Origin: a virus
Lineage: Duplodnaviria > Caudoviricetes
DNA length: 64,000 nucleotides
IMG/VR virus record: IMGVR_UViG_3300025924_000017
Location: 161,612-225,611 of that record
Direction: 5' to 3' (one strand)
In this document: positions 55,970-64,000 of the stretch, in pieces
Position numbering within the stretch: position 1 is the stretch's first letter
Layout: each line of letters begins with the position of its first letter
Made by a program: the position numbers and the translations under genes
Notes under the pieces: generated by a model
The model's database searches: none
What the model was told of the DNA's origin: nothing
The model's input: only the letters and a program-made list of their open reading frames with translations

Positions 55970-56256
55970 TCGTCCCGGAAATCCTCAACCGTGCGGACTT
56001 CCCCGGGAAGCGTCTGCCTCCGAACACGATTCTGGTGGATCGCACCACGATCTTCGGCAATCCATTCTTCCGGGGAACGCGCAATCAGAATTGCGATGAC
56101 TTCGAGGCGTGGGTCCTTGCGCAGGCCGATCCGGAGGCCCGTCTCATCATGGAAAATATCCATTTACTCACCGGGCGCCATCTCATGTGTCATTGCGCTC
56201 CCCTGCGGTGCCATGCTTTAACCCTAAGACGACTCGCAAACCCCGACGTGATCTAA
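55966..56256 (+). CDS. DUF4326 family protein, probable CTG start
   Basis: EILNRAD...VDRTTIFGNPF...LTGRHLMCHCAPLRCHA; frame open back to CTG 55966, which overlaps the upstream TGA. Confidence 0.75.
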   Translation: MIVPEILNRADFPGKRLPPNTILVDRTTIFGNPFFRGTRNQNCDDFEAWVLAQADPEARLIMENIHLLTGRHLMCHCAPLRCHALTLRRLANPDVI

Positions 56257-56329
56257 AGTGTTGACAAAACGAGTTCCCTGAGATATGCGTCAGCACCAGT
56301 GACATGAGGGGAAAGCTCGGAAACGGCGC

Positions 56330-56995
56330 ATGACAATCAAACGCGGGTCCATAACGGTATCAGGAAAGAAGGTCGAGGGATTCCAAATAGCCTGTTGCGA
56401 ATGCCCGATGACCAGCTTCTTCATATCGGTCAAACATCTCCCGCCGGAAGTCGTCACACGAAAGTTCCAAGATCGCAGATGGGAAGTCGATAAGCACGGT
56501 AAAGACCTCTGCCCGAAATGCATCGACAGGCATCGCACAAAAGCCGCCCGCAAGATCGAACGTCGAAAAGCCAGAGCACTCGGCGACAAAGTCACCCCAG
56601 AGTTCGAGCAATACTCGATCAACGCAGCCACCGTCAGAAGGGTTGTCGCCGAAGCCGGGTTTGCCGGAATAGAGGTCGAGGAATTCGAAGGTCGAACGGA
56701 CAAGTTCCTCGTCAAACTCGGTAGGGCCAGCGAAGTAAAGATCGGCCGGATCAATCACGCCGAACGTTTGATGGTCACACATTTCGACGCAGAACTGGAT
56801 TCCTCCTACCTCAAACCTCATACGGATCACGTCAACGGCGGTACGACCGTCACCGTCACGGTCTCGATGCATTGGATCGTCGCGTTCAGTCCGCGTATCC
56901 ACGAGCCCATCGCCACCGAACAGGAAATCCTTGCGACCATGCGTGCAACGCGAGAGCGCTCCGAGGTACTCGCTGCCCGGAAAGCGGCCCAATAA
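56330..56995 (+). CDS. hypothetical protein with CxxC pairs
   Basis: 221-aa ORF after promoter TTGACA-N17-TATGCG (56261). Confidence 0.6.
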   Translation: MTIKRGSITVSGKKVEGFQIACCECPMTSFFISVKHLPPEVVTRKFQDRRWEVDKHGKDLCPKCIDRHRTKAARKIERRKARALGDKVTPEFEQYSINAATVRRVVAEAGFAGIEVEEFEGRTDKFLVKLGRASEVKIGRINHAERLMVTHFDAELDSSYLKPHTDHVNGGTTVTVTVSMHWIVAFSPRIHEPIATEQEILATMRATRERSEVLAARKAAQ

Positions 56996-57066
56996 TATCG
57001 TCCTACTACAGTTGACAAATCAATCGCGATCAGCTAGGGTGCAGCCGAAAATCGAGGAAGCATCCT

Positions 57067-57837
57067 TTGGGACGTAGATCGCGCAACACTCATTTCGATA
57101 GCGGTAAACGGGTTGAGAACCGGGGATTCGGGACTCCCGGCAAAGACGACCGTATCGCCTTGTGCGGTGAAGACTATTTCATGGCGAACTATTCGCCCAA
57201 CTTCCATCAGGTGAATTGCGGGAAGTGCGCCTCGATCCTCACCCAACGCTGGATCGACGCGTGGAACGCCAATCCGGAAAACAAGAAGCTCGAACTGGAG
57301 CGCGTCGTCGATCCGAAAGCGCACAGCAAGGGCTCATACGCTGGTTACCGCTACGCCTACAAGGCGCTCTATGGCGGCGAGCATGTCGGCTACGTCGTTA
57401 TGGACGGCGGTTACGGAAGCACCCATTGGCTCCTGCGCGCCATCGGGCTCACTGAAGAGACCGACGCCGAGAAGCCCGGTTCGATGATCTCCAATGCGGA
57501 TATCAAAAAGCTGGCAGGCCAAAAACCCAGCAGTTACGAATACAATGCGCACGAATTCGACTGTAAGGAACGTGCGCTGCTGCGTGTTCCGGAACTCGTG
57601 AAGGTCAAGACGCTGCGCACCCACGCACAGACGATCCAAGACCGTGACGAGATGCACGAGCGCTACGACCGGCGTCAGGCTGAACAGGCTGCCGAGGATG
57701 CGGCCGAGGAAGCCGAGAGGCTGGCGGCTCTGGAGGGCCTGAAGGAAATCAGGGGTGTCAACTCGCTGTCCGACGAGGCTCGTAGCGGACTCGAATATGC
57801 GATCAAGTTGGTCGAGAAAAAGTCGGAGGACAGATGA
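57067..57837 (+). CDS. hypothetical protein
   Basis: 256-aa ORF after promoter TTGACA-N17-TAGGGT (57012). Confidence 0.65.
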   Translation: MGRRSRNTHFDSGKRVENRGFGTPGKDDRIALCGEDYFMANYSPNFHQVNCGKCASILTQRWIDAWNANPENKKLELERVVDPKAHSKGSYAGYRYAYKALYGGEHVGYVVMDGGYGSTHWLLRAIGLTEETDAEKPGSMISNADIKKLAGQKPSSYEYNAHEFDCKERALLRVPELVKVKTLRTHAQTIQDRDEMHERYDRRQAEQAAEDAAEEAERLAALEGLKEIRGVNSLSDEARSGLEYAIKLVEKKSEDR

Positions 57838-58348
57838 TAGCCCTTGGCGCGTTGGCGGCACTTCTCTGGGTTCTCGGAGGCATCCAAGCCTACGGAGCCA
57901 TCAACGATCTGGGCATTGGACCATTTCCGGACCACGAGTTCGGCGCCGACGCGGTCGAGGCGGAGGCCCGTTTGAAGGCTGAGCTATCTCCAGCCGCCTT
58001 GGGGCACATCCGCTTTCTGATGAAATGGTTCCAGATCGTCTTCTGGCCCTTGGCTACCCTGATGGGTTTCTCGGCGCACGTTTTCAATCAGAACCGGATC
58101 GCAAAGGACAAGAAGCCGCAGTGAGCAGTTTCGACGGCCCGGACCGTGCCCATAACCCACGAAGCCTGTCACAAGCGCTCGGCGCCCGCGCGGCGGTCCG
58201 TCCCGGCGACCCGGCCGTGACCGCGTTCCTCGCCAAGGCTACTTTTGCCGAGCGCTTCGTTTTCATCGACGAATTCACGAAGTCGCAGATCACGACGTCA
58301 ATGACGTAATTCTTGACACTCGCCCCGGTGCCATTATGGTGCCGGACC

Positions 58349-58855
58349 ATGATTGCCAAAACTTCTCAGGCCGAGTGGGATGAATTCTGGCTCGGGCTCG
58401 CCGAGTACGTCTCCCGAAAATCCAAAGACCCATCCACCAAGGCAGGCGCCGTCATCGTGCGGCCCGATAACACGCTTGCTTCCACAGGGTGGAACGGCTT
58501 TCCGCGCAAGATGGTGGACCATCCACATCTGTACGCCGACCGGGCCGAGAAATACCCGCGCACGATCCATTGCGAAATGAACGCGCGTGACGTTCTCCAC
58601 GAGCGTCCGGTGGGATTCACTCTCTACACGTGGCCCTTCCTGACGTGCGACCGCTGCGCCGTCCACATGGTGCAAGCCGGAATCACCCGCGTCGTCGCTC
58701 CAATCTGCCCGCCGGACCAAGCTTCACGCTGGGGAGAAACGTTCGTTCGCGCACGCCAGTACTACGATGACTGCGGTGTGAAGCACGAGGAGATCGAATT
58801 CCACGGCCTGATGGCGGCTTTGACCAAGGACCTCATGGCATGTCTGCCGAAGTAG
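58349..58855 (+). CDS. dCMP deaminase
   Basis: WDEFWLGLA, SKDPSTKAGAVI, GWNGFP, TIHCEMNA (HxE), TCDRC, QAGI. Confidence 0.92.
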   Translation: MIAKTSQAEWDEFWLGLAEYVSRKSKDPSTKAGAVIVRPDNTLASTGWNGFPRKMVDHPHLYADRAEKYPRTIHCEMNARDVLHERPVGFTLYTWPFLTCDRCAVHMVQAGITRVVAPICPPDQASRWGETFVRARQYYDDCGVKHEEIEFHGLMAALTKDLMACLPK

Positions 58856-59244
58856 CTCCGGCAAAGGGTTGCTTCGACGGTGAGTGTAATCGGACGGCCT
58901 GCAACGCGTCGGGCGCCCGATACTTCAATCGTTTCACCCACGGCTACTACTGCGGAGGGTGCGCTCGCAAAATCGACATCGACGATGTTACCGACCCGAC
59001 GACGCCGAACGCATTCGACTATCCGCAAAGACCGGACACCGCCGACCGGCATCTCAACCGAAGCCAGCAGCGCTTCAAGAACGACCATCCCGACAGACAG
59101 TCATGAATTACGATCCCGATCTCTTGGGCCATACAACCGGCTATAGCCCCGTCGAACATCGTTTCAGCTTTCGGCGCATGCGCCGCAGGCCGGGACGCTA
59201 TCGCTACTACCTCGGCATGAACGTAACGCACTTGCGCCATTTCG

Positions 59245-59844
59245 GTGTCAAACGCCTGCAACGCAAGCGGGTCTGGGAGTGGGTCTGATTTGATCATCAT
59301 TCCGGGCATCGTAGGCTTCGGCCGCGTCGGTCATTACGAGCGTAAAGGCCTGTACGCCCCGGACGAAGTCTTTCCACACATCAGTGAAAGCTCCAGCGCG
59401 TTCGTAGATTTCGACGGCGATCCCATGCGCATGTCTTCGCCGCGCTACGTGCTCTTCAACAAAAGCATGATCTGCGTACGCTGCGAGATGGAAGGTATCT
59501 ACTTCGCCAAAGAGCGGGCGATCTATCTCGACCGAAGCAGCGGCAAATACTGGCCGACAAGCCTGCACTACCACTTCAATCTCTATGGCAGAAACAAGCA
59601 CGGTCACGAGACCATGTTGACGAAAGATCACATCCTGCCTCGCGCGCATGGCGGCAAGGACGATCAGTCGAATTACCAGACGATGTGTGCGCCCTGTAAC
59701 GGACGCAAGCGTGACCGGCTGCCGGGAGAAACCGACGAGCAGTACCGTGACCGGCGCGCGGTTGTGAAAGACGTCGAGCGCAGACGCAATCTCCTCCACA
59801 CGCGGGGGCACTACATTCCGATGGAGCGCAAGGTCGCAGAATGA
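59245..59844 (+). CDS. HNH endonuclease
   Basis: LTKDHILPRAHGGKDDQSNYQTMCAPCNGRK; start position uncertain. Confidence 0.85.
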   Translation: MSNACNASGSGSGSDLIIIPGIVGFGRVGHYERKGLYAPDEVFPHISESSSAFVDFDGDPMRMSSPRYVLFNKSMICVRCEMEGIYFAKERAIYLDRSSGKYWPTSLHYHFNLYGRNKHGHETMLTKDHILPRAHGGKDDQSNYQTMCAPCNGRKRDRLPGETDEQYRDRRAVVKDVERRRNLLHTRGHYIPMERKVAE

Positions 59845-60014
59845 ACCCGATTGACCTAGATGATCTCAAGAGACGTCTCAGGAGCGCGCAGATCGCATCC
59901 TGTTCGTGTGGAACGAAGACGCCGGACATCGCATATCACGCCGCGACTTGTCGCTATCGGCTGTTCCGTGAGGCCGAACTTGTTGTCGCCAGATTGATCG
60001 CGCTTAAGGAATAA

Positions 60015-60290
60015 GTGGTCAGGCCGCGTTTCAGGGCCAGTGGACTCGTTTGCCGCCCGTCAGGATGCCATGGGTGAGTGTTGTTCCCAACAAAGGGGAC
60101 CGTCACCCACAGACTGACACCTCGATAAAATTCCCGATCCCGATTCCCTTTTCGCTATCCTTCACGGGGAAGGGACCCTACTTGCGGCGCTGAGGCCTTC
60201 GGGTGCATCTCGCTACTTCGTTCATCCGCCGGGCTTCGCGTCGGCTTTCCCTCCGTTTCGCCTCTCGGGTCATACGACCTGACCGCCTCC
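60015..60290 (-). ncRNA. candidate ~275-nt structured ncRNA with its own promoter
   Basis: Minus-strand TTGACT (60319-60314), 17-nt spacer, TAGGAA (60296-60291). Ends pair over 11 bp (GGTCAGGTCGT / GCGGCCTGACC); inner helices TGGGTGA/TCACCCA, GTCAG/CTGAC, TCCCTT/AAGGGA, GAGGC/GCCTC; purine-rich loops; no ORF. Confidence 0.6.
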
Positions 60291-60390
60291 TTCCTAACGC
60301 GGCGCTGGGCTAAAGTCAAGTTCCTGTCAGTAGTTTGTTGACAAAATAGTTCGCAGACTGCGACAGTGAAGCGTTGACAAAACGACCCGG

Positions 60391-60792
60391 GTGCGCTACG
60401 AGCGCGCCATGATCGACCGTATCCGCAGCATCAATCCGGACTTGGGTTTTCCAACCCCGGAACATTCTCTCGATGAGATCGTCCGACGCCATTACGCTGC
60501 ACATTTTGCCGACGACGAGGCGCGACGGTTGACCGACGATTACTTCAACGCCCTCGAAAGGCGTCTCACCGGCGGCGATAAACCAAAGCTCAGCATGCGC
60601 CAGCAGCAGGTCTTCGATGTGCTGACAAACGCGTTCCAACGGCCGTGGGCGATTGCGCAGGCCGCCGGGATCACCACAACGTCGCCCGGCGAGACTGCCG
60701 CAAAGTTCTGCATTCAACTCGTAAAGCTCGGGCTCGCCGAGAAGGGCGGATCACCCATGTTCCCAGAGTGGCGCCGGGTGTCGGGCGCGTGA
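60391..60792 (+). CDS. hypothetical protein, possible winged-HTH C-terminus
   Basis: ORF after tandem TTGACA promoters at 60338 and 60374; start may be ATG 60409. Confidence 0.55.
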   Translation: MRYERAMIDRIRSINPDLGFPTPEHSLDEIVRRHYAAHFADDEARRLTDDYFNALERRLTGGDKPKLSMRQQQVFDVLTNAFQRPWAIAQAAGITTTSPGETAAKFCIQLVKLGLAEKGGSPMFPEWRRVSGA

Positions 60793-60997
60793 TGGATCGC
60801 GAACGCGTGCTGGTAGCCGTACGTGCAGGTCAACACGCCTTTATGGGCGCTTGTGACGACGCTTACGCCCGCTTTGCACTCGCACGAGGTGAAGGCGCTC
60901 CGTACCTCAAAGCCTTGAAAATATATGAATCCGCGCTATCCAAAGCCCGCAAGAAATGGCGAGACGCGATAGTCGCTGCCGCGCAGGAACAAGCAGT

Positions 60998-61177
60998 ATG
61001 AGCGAATTCGACGACGAATCGGAAGAGTGCGAGGCCTGTGATGGCTCTGGCGACTGCGGGGTCTGTGACGGGACGGGTCTGGAGAACGGCGAGATCGGCT
61101 CGCATATCAAATGTGAAGAGTGCGGTGGAAGCGGCGTCTGTGCGGAATGCAACGGAAGCGGCGAAATCGAGCTTTAA
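60998..61177 (+). CDS. small DnaJ-type Zn-finger protein
   Basis: Four CxxCxGxG repeats (CEACDGSG, CGVCDGTG, CEECGGSG, CAECNGSG). Confidence 0.75.
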   Translation: MSEFDDESEECEACDGSGDCGVCDGTGLENGEIGSHIKCEECGGSGVCAECNGSGEIEL

Positions 61178-61280
61178 CGGTTCATTACTGTAATCAAGGA
61201 GTCACGGTTCCTTGCACAAATCGTCAGTCAAGAGTTGACAACTTGACGGCGGCGTGTTAGACGGTCATCATCTTTGACGA

Positions 61281-63161
61281 TTGAGGGGTCTGACGTACAT
61301 GGAACAATGGACGGTTGAGACGTGGCTGATTTCGGGTCAGTACACCGGAGCCCGAGTCGTTCGATCCGTGGGTGGGGAAATCGAGGTCGCCTTTGCCGAG
61401 GTCGCCAAGGATGGCGCGCACTCCAGCGCGCTTGAGAGACAACGGGTCGAAGTCGCCGCAACTGCCGTCGCCAAGTTCCTCAACGAGGCGTCGTCCAACT
61501 TGGGCGCGGACTTCTTTGCCGAGCACAAAGTCGTCAAGGTCCTTTCGCAAACGTTCCGCCACTTCCAAGATGGAGAGCCGGTCACCGTGGAAGCTGTCCG
61601 GCAAATCGGCCGCGAATACAACGAGATGGAAATCGATCCCGGTCCACAAGAGATCGAGTTCAACGATCAGAACGGCGACCTTCGCAAGATCGTCTACGAC
61701 AAAGGTGATCGCAGCGTTGGCATCAACGGCGGTTGGATCATCGCGGAAGACGCCGACTGGATCGTGGTCCCGGAAGCCGCATGAGCGCCCGTCGTATCAA
61801 CATCATGTCGGAGAAGGAATGGCGTCAGCATGACGCCTATCCCGGCCCGGTACCGGAGCCGTCCGAGCGCCCGGCGCATCCTCACCGCTGGACGTGGTTC
61901 GGCGGATCGATGGAAAAGCCGCCCGCATGGATATGGATTGATCAAGATCAGGCGCGTGTTAGCATCGGACTCGAAACGCGTATAGCGGAGCTTTTGCTGG
62001 AATGGATGCCGACGAATTTAATCCCCGCGTAGGCGATCTCGTCGTCTATACCTGCCATTCCGCGATCAGCGGAATGTTGGTGAACAAGCGGCTGGAGCAG
62101 GTCACAAAGGTGACCGGGGCTGGCTTTTTGTACCTGAAGTCGAGCAGCCTCGACAAATACAAGCGGTGTGCGCCATATGCCTTTACCGATTATCGGCCTC
62201 GCCATCTGGGGCTCCGGAACTATAACATAACCGTGACAAAAGCGACCGATGCGGACCGCGTCACGCTCCCCTGTACCAGATTGGCAGGGAGCGATTATGC
62301 CCGGAAGCTCGCCAGACAAGAACAAAGAAATCTGGACGAGAAGGGCATCACTGACCGCGCCGTCCGGCGTCGCTGGCTGCTCAAGGTCGGCATCCCGTCA
62401 TGTATGGCGTCATCTGAGGGTTGACAAAACCGGCTTCGGCTGCTAAAGGTGCCACAAGATGACCAAGGCGCCAAAATCCACACTACTGGGTATCAACAAA
62501 CGGCTCGCCCCAATGGGCGTCGAGCTTGTGAAGGGCGAGGGCTATTTCTACTTCGTTGGCGCGCCCGTTGAGAAGCTCCCTTCGACCTCGATCATGGTCT
62601 TCCGGCTAAACCAGTTGACGTCCGATCAATGGGTCGAGACGGCCGAGAAGATGATCGCCAAACAAAAGGAACAAAGCTCGTGAGCACGACCGCCCGCTTT
62701 AAGTTCCGCGTCACCGGTTCGTGCGAATTTCCCATCAGCATGCTTCACTACGACCACTGCACCCCGGCGGACGCACGTGCTTCCCATCTGATCACGCAGT
62801 CGATCCGGCAGAACGTCGGTTTCGCCGTGGACCTCATCTCCGAGCGCGGTACGGAGCCGACCGCCGCGCTTTGGAGATCGGCAGGCTGGGAAGTGCATCC
62901 GTCGTTTCGGGAGCCCGCATGAAGACTGGTGACTTCTTCGTCGTCGCAGTCCGCAAAAACCCTGCGGTGGGTGATACTTCACGCTTCCACCTGCGCCTCA
63001 ATAGCGAGGGCTCTCCGAAATGGGAATTCGGAAGCGCCGACGCAACACGCATGCCCTATCTGATGGCATGCGCGTTCAAGCAGATCATGATCATCGGCGA
63101 TCAGGATGGATTTACCGGTCTTTACTGGATCAACGTGGTGCCAGTCGATGACGCAGGCTGA
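61281..63161 (+). CDS. run of small hypothetical ORFs (61281..61784, 62002..62424, 62459..62683, ~62680..62922, ~62919..63161)
   Basis: Co-oriented, coupled ORFs separated by TTGACA promoters; no family recognised. Confidence 0.5.
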
Positions 63162-63399
63162 ACTCGAAGCTCAAGCCGCCCGATACGACGTTCCGGTCCC
63201 CAAGCCATGTCCGTTCTGTGACGGCGTGCCGACGTTCCTTGAAGGTCACAACCACATCATCGACGTAATGATCCGCTGTACTGGGTGCGGCGCCGAAGGT
63301 CCGCTATGCGACGACGAGGAGGTCAGTAACGCAGCGTTCAACGCGGGCGCAGCCGTTGCGCACTGGAACATGAGGGCCGCGACATGCTCAAATGGTTGA
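63148..63399 (+). CDS. Lar-family restriction alleviation protein
   Basis: PKPCPFCDG...CTGCGAEGP...AVAHWNMR. Confidence 0.72.
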   Translation: MTQAELEAQAARYDVPVPKPCPFCDGVPTFLEGHNHIIDVMIRCTGCGAEGPLCDDEEVSNAAFNAGAAVAHWNMRAATCSNG

Positions 63400-63554
63400 A
63401 CCGCTGTCTCACCAGCTATCGCTATCGTGTTAGCCGCAAAGGCTTGCCCGATTTCGAGATCACGATCTACGCCAGCGACGACCGTGGGGCCGAAATTCAA
63501 GCGGCTGACATCGGACTCAAACTCGGCCTTCTCCTCCTAGGACCTGTCTGACAG

Positions 63555-63908
63555 ATGCGAGTCTTCCAGCGCAGCGCTTTCGAATGGGCACTCGACATCT
63601 TCGGCCCCGTCGTGCGCGGCGCCCGCTATCAGGCCTTCCGCCTGCTTGAGGAAGCTCTGGAACTGGGGCAGGCGTTAGGTCTCACCCGGGAAGACGCGCT
63701 CCGCACTGTCGATTGGGTCTTCGGACGGCCGCCGGGCTCCGTCTTGGTCGAGATCGGCGATGTGCGCCTCTCGCTCGATATCCTAGCCGAAACGCAAGGG
63801 ATCGACTGTGCGCACGCCTATGGTGCCTGCTGTCTCCGGGTGTCCGAACTTGATCCCGTGAAGATGCGTGCGAAGGACCAAGAGAAGATCGCCGCTGGTT
63901 TGATCTGA
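63555..63908 (+). CDS. MazG-like all-alpha NTP pyrophosphohydrolase fold protein
   Basis: RLLEEALELGQA...WVFGRPPG...EIGDV. Confidence 0.65.
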   Translation: MRVFQRSAFEWALDIFGPVVRGARYQAFRLLEEALELGQALGLTREDALRTVDWVFGRPPGSVLVEIGDVRLSLDILAETQGIDCAHAYGACCLRVSELDPVKMRAKDQEKIAAGLI

Positions 63909-64000
63909 ACCGAAGGAACCTGATGATCAAAGACACTATCCAAATCGTTGCCGCCGTCTATCTCCTCTTCTGGGGGTTAAAGATGGAGACCGCGAATCTG

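Noticed and set aside
60015-60290. RNase P, SRP or hammerhead identity for the 275-nt RNA
   Set aside because: GGGAAAGCC and GGTCAGG only superficially resemble P4 and SRP motifs; the other conserved RNase P elements, the SRP GGAA/AGCAG loop and the CTGANGA core are absent.

Overview
The whole window reads as the non-structural part of a large, high-GC, probably temperate phage of an alphaproteobacterium. I recognise no virion genes and no host housekeeping genes. The host class is supported by a permuted two-piece tmRNA with an ANDN...AA tag, a GcrA homolog, and TTGACA-N17-GCTA-type promoters. Layout: (1) 1.3-5.0 kb is an RNA-gene island: tRNA-Cys, a free-standing LAGLIDADG endonuclease, a two-piece tmRNA, an rrn-type boxA, a ~1.2 kb densely base-paired giant ncRNA candidate (GOLLD-like or new), further structured elements, a repeat-flanked MazG-like gene, and Met/CAT tRNAs with tRNA remnants. 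(2) 5.6-7.3 kb is a xis-int module and a tRNA-Pro(CGG) 3'-half attachment site with phage genes on both sides, i.e. the attP state. (3) 7.3-29.7 kb holds replication and nucleotide genes: SNF2 helicase, adenine MTase, T7-like PolA, DEDD exonuclease, Cas4-like nuclease, SSB-like protein, RecD-like helicase, dNMP kinase, ThyX, intein-containing NrdA, NrdB-glutaredoxin fusion and a CI-like repressor. (4) 29.7-52.7 kb is a leftward accessory block: OGG-like glycosylase, nucleoside deoxyribosyltransferase-like protein, DNA ligase, SLOG protein, aGPT-Pplase1-type DNA-modification enzyme, NAMPT plus NMNAT-Nudix NAD salvage pair, HD hydrolase, NTP pyrophosphohydrolase and RtcB. (5) 52.8-64 kb is a rightward block: GcrA, HAD nucleotidase, dCMP deaminase, HNH nuclease, Lar-like and MazG-like proteins, plus a second unannotated ~275-nt structured RNA with its own promoter. 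The best candidates for undescribed biology are the two large structured RNAs and the boxA-equipped RNA operon. All family assignments come from motif recognition by eye; no database searches or folding programs were run.
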